Assembly: GCA_963841735.1 (NCBI GenBank)
Contig: CAWJDT010000005.1
Location: forward strand, 160,001 to 224,000
From: an uncultured Actinomycetes bacterium
GTDB lineage: Bacteria; Actinomycetota; Thermoleophilia; RBG-16-64-13
DNA length: 64,000 nucleotides
Direction: 5' to 3'
The notes beneath the pieces are model-generated. The model searched no databases and was not told the origin of the DNA. It was given only the letters and a program-made list of their open reading frames with translations. Of the stretch, positions 63,710 to 64,000 are shown in pieces. The stretch's first letter is position 1. Each line of letters starts with the position of its first letter. Both the position numbers and the translations under genes were made by a program.

Positions 63710-64000
63710 ACCCTCGCGTCTCCCTTGTACTGAGCCTTTATGCGAGGATCGACGAACCCATAGGCTAGGTCGGTAAGTAGCATGACAACCGTCGTGATGA
63801 GCGACAGAAACACGACCACGCCTTGGACTATGGGGTAGTCACGGTTCATGATGGCGTTCATCAGCAGCAGCCCCAGTCCAGGGATGGCGAACACCATCTC
63901 GATGATTATCAGACTGGTAAGGACCACGGCGAACGAGAAGCCGGTGACGGTGATCACTGGTATCAGCGCGTTAGGCAGCACGTGCCGGTAGATGACGCGT
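63706..64000 (-). CDS. Peptide/nickel ABC permease (OppB/DppB), C-terminal part
   Basis: RHVLPNALIPVIT, FAIPGLG, RDYPIVQG and DPRI. Confidence 0.9.
   Translation of the reverse strand, partial: RVIYRHVLPNALIPVITVTGFSFAVVLTSLIIIEMVFAIPGLGLLLMNAIMNRDYPIVQGVVVFLSLITTVVMLLTDLAYGFVDPRIKAQYKGDARV

Overview
This is a high-GC bacterial window. Gene content and Thr-rich surface proteins suggest an anaerobic Actinomycetota such as Thermoleophilia, but that is inference only. Many genes are split by single-base indels, densest in the first ~23 kb, which most likely reflects uncorrected long-read errors. Bases 1-40 kb form a nitrogen/redox island. It opens with a BMP-type nucleoside ABC transporter, followed by an operon of HdrB-HdrC fusion, split (archaeal-type) glutamate synthase subunits and glnA. 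Next comes a ~14 kb operon that interleaves a second, unusual split glutamate-synthase-like enzyme with a full MvhD/MetF/HdrC/HdrB/large HdrA/MvhD/MetV set. The island ends with a PAS/GAF hybrid kinase, two amt-glnK pairs, a PucR regulator and an OmpR-type two-component system beside an orphan FdnI-like cytochrome b. Bases 40-64 kb are accessory: an AbiEi/AbiEii type IV toxin-antitoxin pair, DUF1385, MFS, a membrane HD-GYP protein with a structured leader and tiny upstream ORF, an IS481, a CWB2 beta-propeller surface protein, L,D-transpeptidase, CHRD protein, GH3, flavodoxin-like protein, an esterase-RCC1 fusion and an Opp/Dpp ABC operon. The best candidate for a novel system is the Hdr-Mvh-MetFV-coupled glutamate-synthase-like complex (10.9-25.2 kb). 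The second is the HD-GYP leader RNA and micro-peptide (48.2-48.6 kb).
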